Positions 25,421 through 39,355 of a DNA stretch of 64,000 nt are shown in pieces. The notes beneath the pieces are model-generated. The model was not told the DNA's origin. It was given only the letters and a program-made list of their open reading frames with translations, and did not search any database. The position numbers and the translations under genes were made by a program. This DNA is from Mobula hypostoma (taxonomy: Eukaryota). Where the stretch lies: the NCBI RefSeq assembly GCF_963921235.1, contig NC_086108.1:115880001-115944000 (forward strand). Direction: 5' to 3'. Numbering within the stretch: position 1 is the first letter of the stretch; each line of letters starts with the position of its first letter.

Positions 25421-28400
25421 GACTACAAGAAGATAAGAAGTACAAGCAGAATTAGGGCATTTGGCCCTTCGAGTCTGCTATGCCATATCATCATGGCTGA
25501 TCCATTTACCCTCTCAGCCCCAATCTTCTCCTGCTTCCCCCCTCATCCATATCCCTTCATGCCCTGACCAATCAAGAATCTAAAAAACCTCTGCTTTAAA
25601 TGTACATAAAGACTTGGCCTCCACAGCTGCCTGTGGCAATGAATTCTACAGATCCACCACTCTCAGGATAAAGAAATTCCTCCTCATCTCCATTCTAAAA
25701 GAATGCCCCTCTACTCTGAGGCTGTGTCCTCTGGTCTGGTCACCACAGAAAACATCATCTCCACATTCGCTCTGCCAATGCCTTTCACCGTTCAATAAGT
25801 TTCAATGAGGTCATCCCTCATTCTTCTGAATTCTAGTGAATACAGGCCCAGAGCCATCAAATGCTCTTCGTATGACAAGTTGTTCAATCTTGGAATAATT
25901 TTTTGAAGCTCCTTTGGAACTTCTCCAATTCCAGCACATACTTTCTAAGGTAAGGGGCCCAAAATTACTCACAATACTCCAAGTGAGGTCTCACCAGTGC
26001 TTTATAAAATCTTGCTTTTATATTCTTCTAATCTTCAAATGATTATTGCATTTGCCTTTCTCACCATAGACTCAAACTCAGGTGTCCCAAGTCCCCTTGC
26101 AGCTTCACAGTTTTTAATTTTCTCTTCTTTTAGAAAATAGTCAACCCTTTTATTTCTTCTACCAATGTTCATGACCATACACTTTCCATCTACTACTTCT
26201 TTGCCCATTTCCTAATCTGTCTGAGCCCATTTGTAGCCTCTCTACTTCCTCAAAACTACCTCCCTATCCACCTATCTTCATATGGTCCTCAAACTTTCGT
26301 CATTCCCCCCAAATCATTGACATATAAGATAACGATAAGCAGTTCCAACAAATATCCCTGCAGAATACCACTAGCAACTGGCAGCCAACCAGAAAAAGGC
26401 TCCCTCTTTTTGCCTCCTGCCAAATCAGCCACTGCTTTATCCATGCGAGTATCTTTCCCGTAACACCATGGACTCATAACTTGTTAATCCACCTCATGCG
26501 TGGCACCTTGTCAAAGACCTTCTGGAAATCCAATGACACAAATCAACCAATTCCTCTTTGTCTTTCCAGCTTGCTATTTCTTCAAAGGATTCCAACAGAT
26601 TTGTCAGGCAAGATTTTCTCTTGAGGAAACCATGCTGACTACAGCCTCTTTTATCATGTACCTCCAAGTACCCTGAAACCACATCCTTAATAATCGACTG
26701 CAACATCCTGCACAATATGCTTGAAAGATCTTTACCAATGCTTGCAAAATCTCTTCAGCCCAACTCTTTCAGAACCCTGGGGTGGACACCATCTGCTCCA
26801 GCTGTCTTATCTGCAGTTTTCATAACTTTCAGTTTCCCTAGAATCTTTTCCCTAATAATGACAAATTCACACACTTCTGACACTTGATCTTCCTGCATAC
26901 TGTGAGGGTCTTCCATTTCCTTCTCCCCCATTACTACCTCTCCAGCATGGGTTTCCAGTGGTCTAATATCCACTCCCACCTCTCTTTTACACTTGATATA
27001 AAAGCCAAAGAAATGAATGGAATTTCTGGAAACAATTCAGAAGACAGAGGATATATACATTCCAAGGAGGAAAAAATATTCTAAAAGCAAGATGAAACAA
27101 CCATGGTTAATAAGAGAAGTCGAAGCTATCTAAGAGCTAAAGAGAGAGACTGTAATAGAGCAAAAATTAGTGGGATTTCAGAGGATTGGGAAGCTTTTAA
27201 ATACAACAGAAGGCAACTAAAACAGTAATTGAGAAGGTAAATTGGGATATGAAGCTAAGCTAGCCAATAATATTAAAGAGGAAATCAAAAGTTCCTTCAA
27301 ATACATAAAGTGTAAAAGAGAGGCTAGAGTGGATATCAGAACAGTTGAAAATGATGCAGGAGAGGTAGTAATGTGGGGGGGGCAAGGAAATGGCAGACAA
27401 AATGAAGTATTAATTTGCATCAGTCTTCAATGCGGAAGTCACTAGCAGTATGGAGGAAGTTCCAGGTGTCAGCGGTATGAAATGTGGGAAGTTACCATTA
27501 CTAGGAAGCCGATTATTGCGAAACTGAATGGTCTGAAGGTAGATAAGTCACCTGGACCAGATGGTGTACACCCTAGCGTTCTGAAAGTCATGGCTGAAGA
27601 GATCGTGAAGGCATTAGCAATGATTCGTCATGAACCATTAGATTCTGCAAGGTTCCAGAAGACTGGAAAATTACAAATGTCACTCCACTCTTCAAGAAGG
27701 GATGGAGGCAGGAGAAAGAAAACTATAGGCCAGTTTGTTTGACCTCCGTTTTTGGGAATATGTTGGTTTCAATTATTAAGGATGAGGTCTCAGGGCTGTA
27801 GTCAGCATGGTTTCCTCAAGCAAAAATCTTGCCTGATAAATCTGTTGGAATTCTTTGAAGAAATAACAAGCAGGATAGACAAGGGAGAATTGGTTGATGT
27901 TGTGTACTTGGATTTTCAGAAGGCCTTTGACAAGGTGCCACACGTGAGACTGCTTAACATGCTACAAGCCCACAGGATTTAAGGAAATATTCTGCAATGA
28001 ATAAAGCAGTGGCTGATTGGCAGGAGGCAAAGAGTAGGAATAAAGGAAGCCTTTTCTGAATGGCTGCCAGAGACTGGTGGTGTTCCACAGGGGTCTGTGT
28101 TGGGGCCGATTCTTTTTATGTTATTATTCAATGATTTGGATAATGAAATTGATGGCTTTGTTGCAAAGTTTGCAGATGATATGAAAATATTTAGAGGGGC
28201 AGGTAGTTTTGCAGAAGTGGAGAGGCTACAGAAGGACCCATTCTGATTCAAAGAATAGGCAAATAAATGACAGATGGAATACAGTGTCGGGAAGTTTATC
28301 GTCATGCACTTTGGTTGAAGAAATGAATGGGTTAATTGCTTTCTAAATGGAGAGAAAATACAAAAATCTGAGGTGCAGAGGGGCCTGGGATTCCTTGTGC

Positions 28401-29400
28401 AGGATTCCCTCAAGGTTAATTTGCAGTTTGGGTCTGTGGTGAAGAAGGCAAATGCCACGTTAATATTCATTTCAAGAGGACCAGAATGTAACAGCAGGGA
28501 TGTTATGTTGAATCTTTATAAAGCACTGGGAAGTCCCACTTGGAGTATTGTGAGCAGTTTTGGGCTTCTTATTATAGAAAGGATGTGCTGAAACTGAAGA
28601 AGGTTCAAAGGAGGCTAACGAAAATGATTCCAGGATTGAATGGCTTGTCATGTGAAGAGCATATGATGGCTCTGGGTCTGTATTCACTGGAGTTCAGAAG
28701 AATGAGAGGTGAGCTGCTTGAAACCTACCCAATGCTGAAAGAATTTCATAGAGTGGATGTGGAGAGGATGCTCCCTATTGTGGGAAAGTCTAAGATCAGA
28801 GGACACAGCCTCAGAATGGAGAGGCTTCCTTTTAGAATGGAGATGAGGAGGAATTCCTTTAGGTAAGAGTGAATCTATGGAATTATTTGCCACAGGCAGC
28901 TGTGAAGTCCTATCTTTATATATAAAGCAGAGTTTAGAAGATTCTTGATTGGTCAGGGCATGAATGGGTATGGGGAAAAGGCAGGATTGGGTCTGAGAGG
29001 AAAATTGGATCGGCCATGGTGAAATGGCAGAGCAGATTTGATGGTCTAATACTGATCCTATATCTTATGGTCTCATGGTCTTTATGACAGCGAGAAACAT
29101 TTGATATTCTTTATAATACTATTGGCTAGCTTACCTTTGTTTTCCATCTTTACCTTCTTAATGACTTTTTAGTTGCCTTCTCTTGCTTTATAAAGATGGC
29201 TAATCCTCCAATTTTACACTAAATTTTACCCTATTATATGCCTCTCTTTGGCTTTTATGTTGGCTTTGATTTCCCCGAATAGCCACAGATGTATCACCAT
29301 GCATTTAGAATACTTCTTCCTCCTTGAGATGTAAATATCTGAAGCCTTCCAAATTGCTTCCAGGAATTCCAGCCATTGCTGCAGTGCCAACGTCCCTGCC
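25421..29400 (-). mobile_element. Decayed CR1 LINE, split by a + strand CR1
   Basis: 3' end at 25421; SQHGFLKRKSCLTNL; sequence resumes after ~29087. Confidence 0.85.
27010..29086 (+). mobile_element. 5'-truncated CR1 LINE, nested
   Basis: KSPGPDGVHP, YLDFQKAFDKVPH, FADD; tail TCTTATGGTCTCATGG. Confidence 0.9.
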
Positions 29401-30322
29401 TGTCACAATGGGATGCTGGTAACGGACCCAAATGTGAGACACAGACACTGAAGTACAGGGAACAGGACTTGACTAGAGTAGGGACGTGACAGGATACAAA
29501 CAAGGAGCGGGGACAAGAATGCAGACTTGGGCTATGGGCATGGACGAGACAGGAAACCTAAACAAGGAACTATGCACTAGGAGCCTGGGCTTGGGCTCCA
29601 AGCCAGAGACTGGACAAGGACCCAGAACCTGGGTCTTGCCTCGGGCTCAGGCCACAGAACCAGGCAAGGACATGACATGACTACGGGACAAGACGTGGCT
29701 GGGGTCTAGAGGTTTGGGGCTGCAGGCTAGGGTCTTGTTCTTGAGGCTTGAGGCTGGGGTCTTGGTCTTCAGGCTTGAGGCTGGGGTCTTGGTTTTGAGG
29801 CTTGAGGCTGGGGTTTTGGGTCTTGAGGCTTGAGTCTGGGGTCTTGGACTTGAGGCTTGAGGCTGGGGTCTTGGGTCTTGAGGCTTGAGGCTGGGGTCTT
29901 GGAGCTTCTCCTGGGCAGGACGCGGAACTCCACCCCACGGAGGCAAGGGACAGGAAGGGACAGAACCAACTGCAGGGTAACGGCAATTATGGCCTGGCTT
30001 ACCCAATGGAGGCAAGGACAGGAAAGGAGCTCAATCCGGGGTGGCTCTGAGTCTCGGGACAGCCAGCAACCTTGGTTGGCTACAGAAACGGCCGAATCCA
30101 TACCACGATGACTGCTCCGACGAGTGGCAACAAGGCTCCATGAAACGGTGGTCCTACAACCAGGCCTAAAGATCACAAAAGGTTTCACTAGCCTTCCGTC
30201 AGAGGCTGCTCCAAGAGGGACTGACGAGACAAACCAGCAGCTCACACTCAACCCCAAGGCTACTTATATTCCAAGCCTCAAGATGGGAATCAGGTGCCTA
30301 TGCTTAACTCAATCAAAACAAG
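29401..30322 (-). mobile_element. LTR-A family LTR lacking its 5' ~90 bp
   Basis: Starts TGTCAC; collinear with 51977-56325; breaks off into satellite at AAACAAG|TGACACTGAGG. Confidence 0.9.
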
Positions 30323-33300
30323 TGACACTGAGGACAATTACGAGGGGAACTGAGGACAGATATGCGGGGACGCTGACAACAGATATGCAGGGACACCTAG
30401 GACAGCTATGCAGGGGGAGTGAGGACAGATATGCTGCTATACTGAGGTCAGATATGCATGGACAGTCGGAACAGATATCCGGGGACACAGAGGACAGATA
30501 TGTTGGGAAACTGACGATCGATATGCAGGGAGACAGATATGCAGGGAATCTGAGGAGAGATGTACAGGGACACCATGGACAGATATTCAGGGACACTGAG
30601 GTCAGGTATGTGAGAACACCAAGTAGAGATATACAGTGACAGTGAGGACAAATGGTCAAGGCACTGAGAACAGATTAGCAGTGACACTGTGTAAAGATAT
30701 GCAGGGACACAGTGGACAGGTATACGGGGACACTGAGGACAGATATAGGGGCACACTGAGGAAAGATATGCGGGGTCACTAAGGCAAGATATGCCTTGTT
30801 ACTGAGGAGATTATGTGGGGTCATAGAAGGCAGATACGCAGGGATATTGAGAACAGAACCGAAGGGACAGTGAGGACAGATATGCTGGGACACTGAGGAC
30901 AGATATCCAGAGAAGCTGAGGACAGACTTGCAGGGACACAGAGGACAGATATAGATGGACACTGAGGACAGATATGCAGGGCCGTGGAGGACAGATGTAC
31001 GGGATCACTGAGGACAGATATGCGGGGGTCACTGGGGACAAATACGTAAGGATATTGACAACGGAATCGCAATGATAGCGAGGACATATATGTTGGGATA
31101 TGGAGGGACACGGAGGATGGATATACAGGGACCCTCAAGACAGATATGCAGGTACACTGAGGAGGGATATGCAGAGTCACTGAGGACAGATATGCAGGGT
31201 CACGGAGCACAAATATGCAGGGACACTGTGAACAGATATGCAGGGATACTGAGATCGGATATGCTGGGAAACTGTGGGCAGATATGCTGGAACACTCTGA
31301 ACAGATATGCCTGTCCACTGTGGACAGATATGTAGAGCCACTGCAGACAAATATGCGGGGATCCTGAGATCAGTTGTACAGGGACACTGAGGACAGATAT
31401 GTGGCGACTCTGAGGACATTGATGCAGAACACTGAGGACAGATGTTCAGGGACACTGAGGACAGATGTTCAGGGACACTGAAGGCAGATATGTGGAGACA
31501 CGCTGGACAGATATACCGGGACACTCAGGACTGTTGTACAGGGACACTGAAGACAGTTATACAGGGACATTAAGGACAGATATTTATGCAGGGACACTGA
31601 GAACAGATTTTCAGTTCACTGAAGACAAATATGAAGGGACACTGGTGACAGATGTACAGGGAAGATGACGACGCATATGCAGGGAGATTGAGGACAGATA
31701 TGTAGGGACACTGAGAACAGATATTCAGGGCACAGAGGACAGATTTTCAGAGGTACTGCGGACAGATAGGGAGGTACACTGAGGTCGGATATGTAGGAAA
31801 CTGTGTAGGGATATGCAGGGACTCTAAGAACAGATATGCATGACAGTAAGGACAGATATGCAAGGACACTGAGGACAGATATGCTGGGGAATCGTAGACA
31901 GATACGCTGGGACGCTCTGGATAGACATGTCGGGCCACTTAGGAAAGATGTACAGGGACACTGAGAACAGATATGTAGGGACACAGAGGACAGATATGTT
32001 GGGAAACAGAATACAGATATGCAGGGACACAGAACTCAGATAGGCATGGACGCAGAATAGACATGGAGGGACACAGAGAGCAGATGTGCATGAACACTGA
32101 GGTGAGGTATGTGAGAACACCAACCAGAGATATGCAGGGACAGTGAGGACAGATATGGGGGGAGACTGAGGACAGATATATGGGGAAACTGATGTCCGAT
32201 ATGCAGGGATCCTGAGGAGAGAGGTACAGGAACACTAAGAGCAGATGTACAGGAATAATGAGGATAGACATGCAGGGAAACAGAAATGCATGACAGTGAG
32301 GACAGATGTGCAGGGACACTGAGGACGGATATGCCTGGAAACTGTAAACAGATATGCTGGGACACCTGGACAGACACACAGGCCCATTGTGGACAGACAT
32401 GCAGAGACATTGAGGTCAGGTATGTGAGAACGCATAGGAGAAATATGCAGGGACAGTGAGGAAAAGGGATTGAGGCATTGAGAACAGATTTGCATTGACA
32501 CTGAGGACAAATATGTAGGTACACTGAGGACAGATGTTCAGGGACACAAAGGGCAGATATGCTGGATAATGAGGACAGATATGCAGCAATACTAAGGAAA
32601 TATTTGCAGGGGCACTGGGTACAGATGTTCGGGGCGACTGAGGACCGAATGCAGATACTCTGAGTACAGATATTCAGGGGAAACGTAGACAGATATGCGG
32701 GAACACAGAGAACAGATATGCAGGGAAACTTCTGATAGATATGTAGAGACACTGAGGACAAATACGCAGGGACCCTGAGTTCAGTTTTACAGGGACACTG
32801 AGGACAGATATATGGCGACGCTGAGGACATTTATGTAGGAGTACTGTGAACTTATATGCAGGGGGGGCCAGATGATAGATATTCAGGGGCACTGAGGACA
32901 GGTATGTCGGCAGACTGAAGACAGATATGCGGGGCATTCTGGACAAGTATGTAGCAACACAGGAAAGATGTACAGGGACACCGAAGGCAGATATGGAGGG
33001 ACACTGAGGACATATATGCAGAGTAGTGGGCACAGATATGCAGGGTAACTGAGGTGAGGTATGTGAGAACACCATGAAGGGATATACAGGGACACAGAGG
33101 ACAGGTATGTGGTGATAGTGCAGACAAATGGTCGGGGCACTGAGAAAAGACTAGCAGTGACACTGACGACAGATATGCAGGGACACTATGGACAGATATA
33201 CAGGGACACTAAGAACAGACATGCGGGTTCACATAGGGCATATACACGGGGTCACTGAGGACAGATTCGCAGAGATATTGAGAACAGATATGCAGGGACA

Positions 33301-36300
33301 CTGAGGTAGGGTATGTGAGATCCCCAAGGAGAGATATGCCGGGACATAGTGGACAGATATGCGGGGAAACTGAGAACAGATACATGGGGATACTGAGAAC
33401 AGATATACAGAGACACTGAGGACAGATATGCGGGGTCACAGAGGATAGATGTGTTTGGCTGCTGAGCACAAAAATGCAGGGATGCTGAGGATAGATATTC
33501 TAGGACACTGTGGGGTGATATATGGGGATGCTGAGGACAGATGTTCAGGGACGCTGAGGACAGATATGCAGGGACAATCAGGTCAGATATACGGGGACAC
33601 TGGCGACAGATATGTAGGGACACTGAGCACAGATAAATGGGGACACTGAGGACAGATATGGAAGGACACTGCGGAGAGATATGCAGGGACACATGGAACA
33701 CATACGTAGGGACACGGGACAGATAAGCGGGGACATTGAAAACAGATATGTGGGGATACTGAGGACAGATATGCAGGGACATTGAGGACAGATATAAGGC
33801 CACACAGAGGACAGATATGCAGCGACACTGAGGGGAGATATGCGGGGACACCGAGGAAAGGTATATGGGGAAACTGAGGACCGATTTCCAGGGACCCTGT
33901 GGAAGGATGTACAGGGACACTAAGGGCAGATATACAGGGATAGTGAGGACACATGTGCAGGGACACTGAGGACAGATACCCAGAGACAATTATGACAGAT
34001 GTATCGGGACTCTAAGGACAGATAACTAGGGACATTGAGGACAGATATGTAAGGACCCTGGGGACGGATATCCATGGACACTAAGAAGAAACAAGCAGGG
34101 AAGCAGAGGCCGAATATGAAGGGAATTGAACACGCATGTGCAGGGATACTGAGGACAGGTATACAGGGACTCTGAGGACAGAGATGCTGGGACGCTGAGG
34201 ACAGATGTGCTTTGACACTCTGGAGAGATATGTGGGGACGCTGAGGACAGATATGCGGCGACACAGGGGACAGATATTCAGGAAAACTGAGGACAGGTAT
34301 ACAGGGAATTGAACACGCATGCACAGGGATACTGAGGACAGGTATACAGGGAATTGAACACGCATGTGCAGGGATACTGAGGACAGGTATACAGGGAATT
34401 GAACACACATATGCAGGGATACTGAGGACAGGTATACAGGGAATTGAACACGCATATGCAGGGATACTATGGACAGGTATACAGGGACTCTGAGGACAGA
34501 GATGTGGGGACGCTGAGGACAGATATGCGGCGACACAGGGGACAGATATTCGGGAAGACTGAGGACAGGTATGCAGAGACACTGTGGACAGATATGCAGG
34601 GACACTGAGGAGTGATGTGCTTGGCTGCTGGGGACAGATATGTGGGAACGCTGAGGACAAATTAGCGGGGACACTTTGGAGAGATATGTGGGGACACTGC
34701 AGATAGATATGCGGGAACGGTGAGGACAAATATTCAAGGACGCTGAGGACAGACATACAGGGACACTGAGGACAGATATACATTGATAATGAGTGCAGAT
34801 ATGCAGGGACACTGGGGACAGATATCTGGGGAGGCTGAGGACAGTTATGTGGTGACGCTGTGTACAGATATGCAAGGACGATGGGGACAGGTATGCAGGG
34901 ATATTGAGAACAGATATGCAGGGACAATGAGGATAGATTACCTGGGAGAGTGTGGTCCCACAGAGGACCGATATCCGGGGACACTGGGGACAGATATGCG
35001 GGGAAACTGACAACCAATATGCCGGGACATTGAAAAGAGATGTGCAGGGATGCTGAGGACAGATATGTGGGGATACTGAAGACAAATATTCCGTTCACCG
35101 AAGACAGATATGAAGGGGCACTGGTGATAGAGGTACAGGGTCCCGCAAGACAGATATGCAGGTATATTGAGGACGGATATACAGGGACACTGAAGACAGA
35201 TATACGGGGACATAGTGGACAGATAGGCAGGTACACTGAGGTCGGATATGCAGGGACATAGTGGACAGATAGGCAGGTACACTGAGGTCGGATATGTATG
35301 AAAACTGTGTAGAGATATGCAGGGACACTGGGGTCGGATATGCAGGGAAATAGTGGACAGATAGGCAGGTACACTGAGGTCGGATATGTATGAAAACTGT
35401 GTAGAGATATGCAGGGACACTGGGGTCGGATATGCAGGGACATAGTGGACAGATAGGCAGGTACACTGAGGTCCGATATGTACGAAAACTGTGTAGAGAT
35501 ATGCAGGGACACTGAGGACAGATATGCATGACAGTGAGGACAGATAGGCAGGTACACTGAGGTCGGATACGTACGAAAACTTTGTAGAGATATGCAGAGG
35601 CACTGAGGACAGATATGCATGACAGTGAGGACAGATATGCGGGGTCACTGAGTACAGATATCTGATGTCATTGAGGATAGGTATGTGGGGTCACTGAGGA
35701 TAGATATTCGGGGACACAGAGGACCGATATGCATGAATGTTGAGGTCTGACATGCACAGAAACTGAGGACAGATATGTGGACACACAGTTAACAGATAAA
35801 CAGGAAACTGAGGACAGCTATGCGGTGTCACTGAGGACAGATACTCAGGCATACTGAGAACAGATATGCAAGGACACTGGGGACATATAGGCGGTGACAC
35901 TGAGGACAGATATGCGAGGATGCTGAAGAAAGATATTTGGGGACGCTGAGGACAGATACGCATCAAATCTGAGAACAGATATGCAGAGACAGTGAGGACA
36001 GATAGGCAGTGATACTGACGACAGATCTACAGGGACGCTGAGGACATGTATTCTGGGACACGGAGGAGAGATATGCGGGGACACAGAGCACAGATATCCT
36101 GGGAAAGTGTGGCCAGATATACAGGGACACTAAGGACAGATATGCAGAGCCAATGAGACCAGATGTGCGGGGACACAGAGGACAGATATATAGGGAGACT
36201 GAGGACAGATATGCAGTGCCACAGAGGACTGATATGCAGCTATACTGCGGATAGAAATGCAGGTACACTGAGATCAGGTATGGAGGAAAACTGCGGACAA

Positions 36301-39300
36301 ATATGCTGGGACAGTCTGGACAGACATGAAGGGCCACTGTGGACAGATATGCAGAGACAGTGACTTCAGCTATGTGAGAACACAACAGAGCTATATGCAG
36401 AGACACTGAGGACAGATGTACAGGGACTGAGGACAGAAACGTGGGGATGCTGAGGAGAGATATGCAGCGACAATAACAGCAGATAAGCCAGGAGAATGAG
36501 AACGGATATGTGGGCACACACAAAGGATAAACCTTCAGGTACACTGACGACAGATATCCGGGAACACTGAACACAGATATAAAGTGATACTGAAGAGAGA
36601 TATACATCGACACTGAGGAGAGATATATAGGGAAAATGAAAGATGTGGCAGGGACAGGGGACAGTTATGCAGGAATACTGAGGACAGATGTACAAAGACA
36701 CTAAGGACAGATAGGCAAAGACACTGAGTACAGACAGATATACGGGGAATCTGACAACAGATATGCGGGGAAATTGACGGCCGATATGCCGTCACTGAGG
36801 AGAGATGTGCAGGGACAGTGAGGACAGATATGCAGGGACAATGAGGACAGTTCACGTGCGAGAGTGGACACACAGACGACCGATATCCAGGGACACTGAG
36901 GACAGATATGCGGGGAAACTGACGACCAATATGCAGGGACATTGAGGAGAAATGTGCAGGGAGACTGAGGGCAGATATGCAGGGACACTGAGGAGAGGTG
37001 TACAGGGACACTGTTGATAGATATGCAGGGACACTGAGGTCAGATATGTGAGAACACCATAGAGTGATATGCGGTGACAGTGAGGAATGTTGGTCGGGGC
37101 TCTGAGAACAGATTAGCAGTGACACTGAGGAGAGATATGCAGGGACAATGTTGGCATATATGAGGGGACACTGAGGACAGAAAAGCTGGGAAACTAAACA
37201 TAGATATGTGGGGTCAATGAAGTCAGATCCGTAGAGACACTGGGGACAGATATGCAGGGAAACTTAGGGCAGTTATGCGGGCAAACTGAGGACAGATGTG
37301 CAGGGGCACTGAGTACAGACAGGCAGTGACACTGAGGACAGATATTTGGGGTGCTAAGGACAGATATGCGGGGACATTGAGCACAGGTATATGGTGTCAA
37401 TGAGGACAGATATATGGGGTCACTGAGGACACATGCGGAGACACATCCGATATGCTTCGACACTGAGGACCAGAGACACTGAGGACTGATAATCGGGGAC
37501 ACTGAAGACATAGATGCAGCGACACTGAGCACCAATATACAGGGACACTGAGGTCAGATATGCATGGGCAATGTGCATAGCTATGAAGGGAAACTGAGTA
37601 CAGATATCCACGGAGCTCAGGTCTGATATGCATGGAGTAATGACAGATATGCAGGGACTGAGTTACAGATATGCAGTAACACTGTGGACAGGTATGGAGG
37701 GACACTGTGGACAGGTATGGAGGGACGGTTAAGACTGATATGCAGTAACACTGTGGACAGGTGTGGGTGGGACAGTTAAGACTGATATGCAGTAACACTG
37801 TTGACAGGTATGGAGGAACACTGTGGACTGGTGTACAGGGACACTGTGGACAGGTATGGAGGGACAGTGAATACTGATATGCAGTAACACTGTTGACAGG
37901 TATGGAGGGACAGTGAAGACTGATATGCAGTAACACTGTTGACAGGTATGGAGGGACACTGTGGACAGGTATGGAGGGACAGTTAAGACTGATATGCAGT
38001 AACACTGTGGACAGGTGTGGGTGGGACAGTGAAGATAACACTGTGGACAGGTATACAGAGACACTGAGGACAGATATGCAGGCAGAACGTGCACAAATAT
38101 GCAGGGAAACTGAGTACATATGTGGAGAGAGCTGAAGTCGACGTGCGGGATCACCGAGGACAGATATGCAGGGATACAGAGAACAGATCTGAAGGGACTG
38201 TATGGACAGATGTACAAGGACACTAAGGACAGATGTACACGGACATTGAAGACAGGTATGCAGGGACTGAGGACTGATATGCAGGGACTGATGACTGATA
38301 TGCAGGGACTGATGACTGATATGCAGGGACTGAGGACAGATTTGCAGGACTGAGGACAGATATGCAGGGATACTGAGGCGAGATATGCGTGGACACTGAG
38401 GAAAGATATGCATCGACACTGAGGACAGGTATGCAGTCACACTGAGCACAGATGTGCTGGGCACTGAGGACAGTTGTGCAGTGACACGGAGGACAAATAT
38501 CAGCGACATTGAGGACAGATATACAGGGAGACTGTGGCCTGATGTACAAGAACAGTGAAGACAGATGTACAGGGACACTGAAGACATCTCACCAGGGGTA
38601 CTGAGGACAAATATTCAGTAACATTGAAGACAGATATATATGGATACTGAGGACTGCAGCAAACTGAGGACAGATACGCAGCGACACTGAGTAGAAATAT
38701 CCTGGAACACTGACGACAGATATGCAAGGACAGTGAAGACAGAGATCTTGGAACACTGAGGACAGATATGTGGGGATGCTGAGGACAAATATGAAGGGAC
38801 GCTGAGGTGAGATCTGCAGAGATACTGAGGACAGATATGCAGGGTCACCGAAAAAGATGCGCTGTGCCGCTGCTGACAGATATACATGGATACTGAGGAC
38901 TGATATGGAGGGAGACTGTGGACAAGTGTGCAGGGACCCTGAGGACAGATATGCAGGGATGCTGAGGACAGATGTGCAGATAAATTGAGCACAGATGTGC
39001 AGGGAACTTAGGTTAGATATGCAGTGACACTAAGGACAGATAGGAAGGGGGTCTGAGGACATATATGCAGGGACGCTGAGGCTTGATATGCAGGGAACCT
39101 TTGGACAGACATGTAGGGTTGCTACGGACAGATACAGTGGTATGCAAAAGTTTGGGCACCCCTGGTCAAAACTTCTGTTACTGTGAATAGCTAAGCAAGT
39201 AAAAGATGACCTGATTTCCAAAAGGCATAAAGTTAAAGATGACCCATTTCTTTAATATTTTAAGCAAGAAAACATTTTTATTTCCATTTTCTGCAGTTTG

Positions 39301-39355
39301 AAAATAACAAAAAAAGGAAAAGGGCCCGAAGCAAAAGTTTGGGCACCCTGCATGG

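Noticed and set aside
30309..38992. Many Cys/Pro/Ser-rich minus-strand ORFs (up to 566 aa) resembling zinc-finger or keratin-associated proteins
   Set aside because: Translations of a 23-bp unit, not a multiple of three; the same peptides cycle through all frames.
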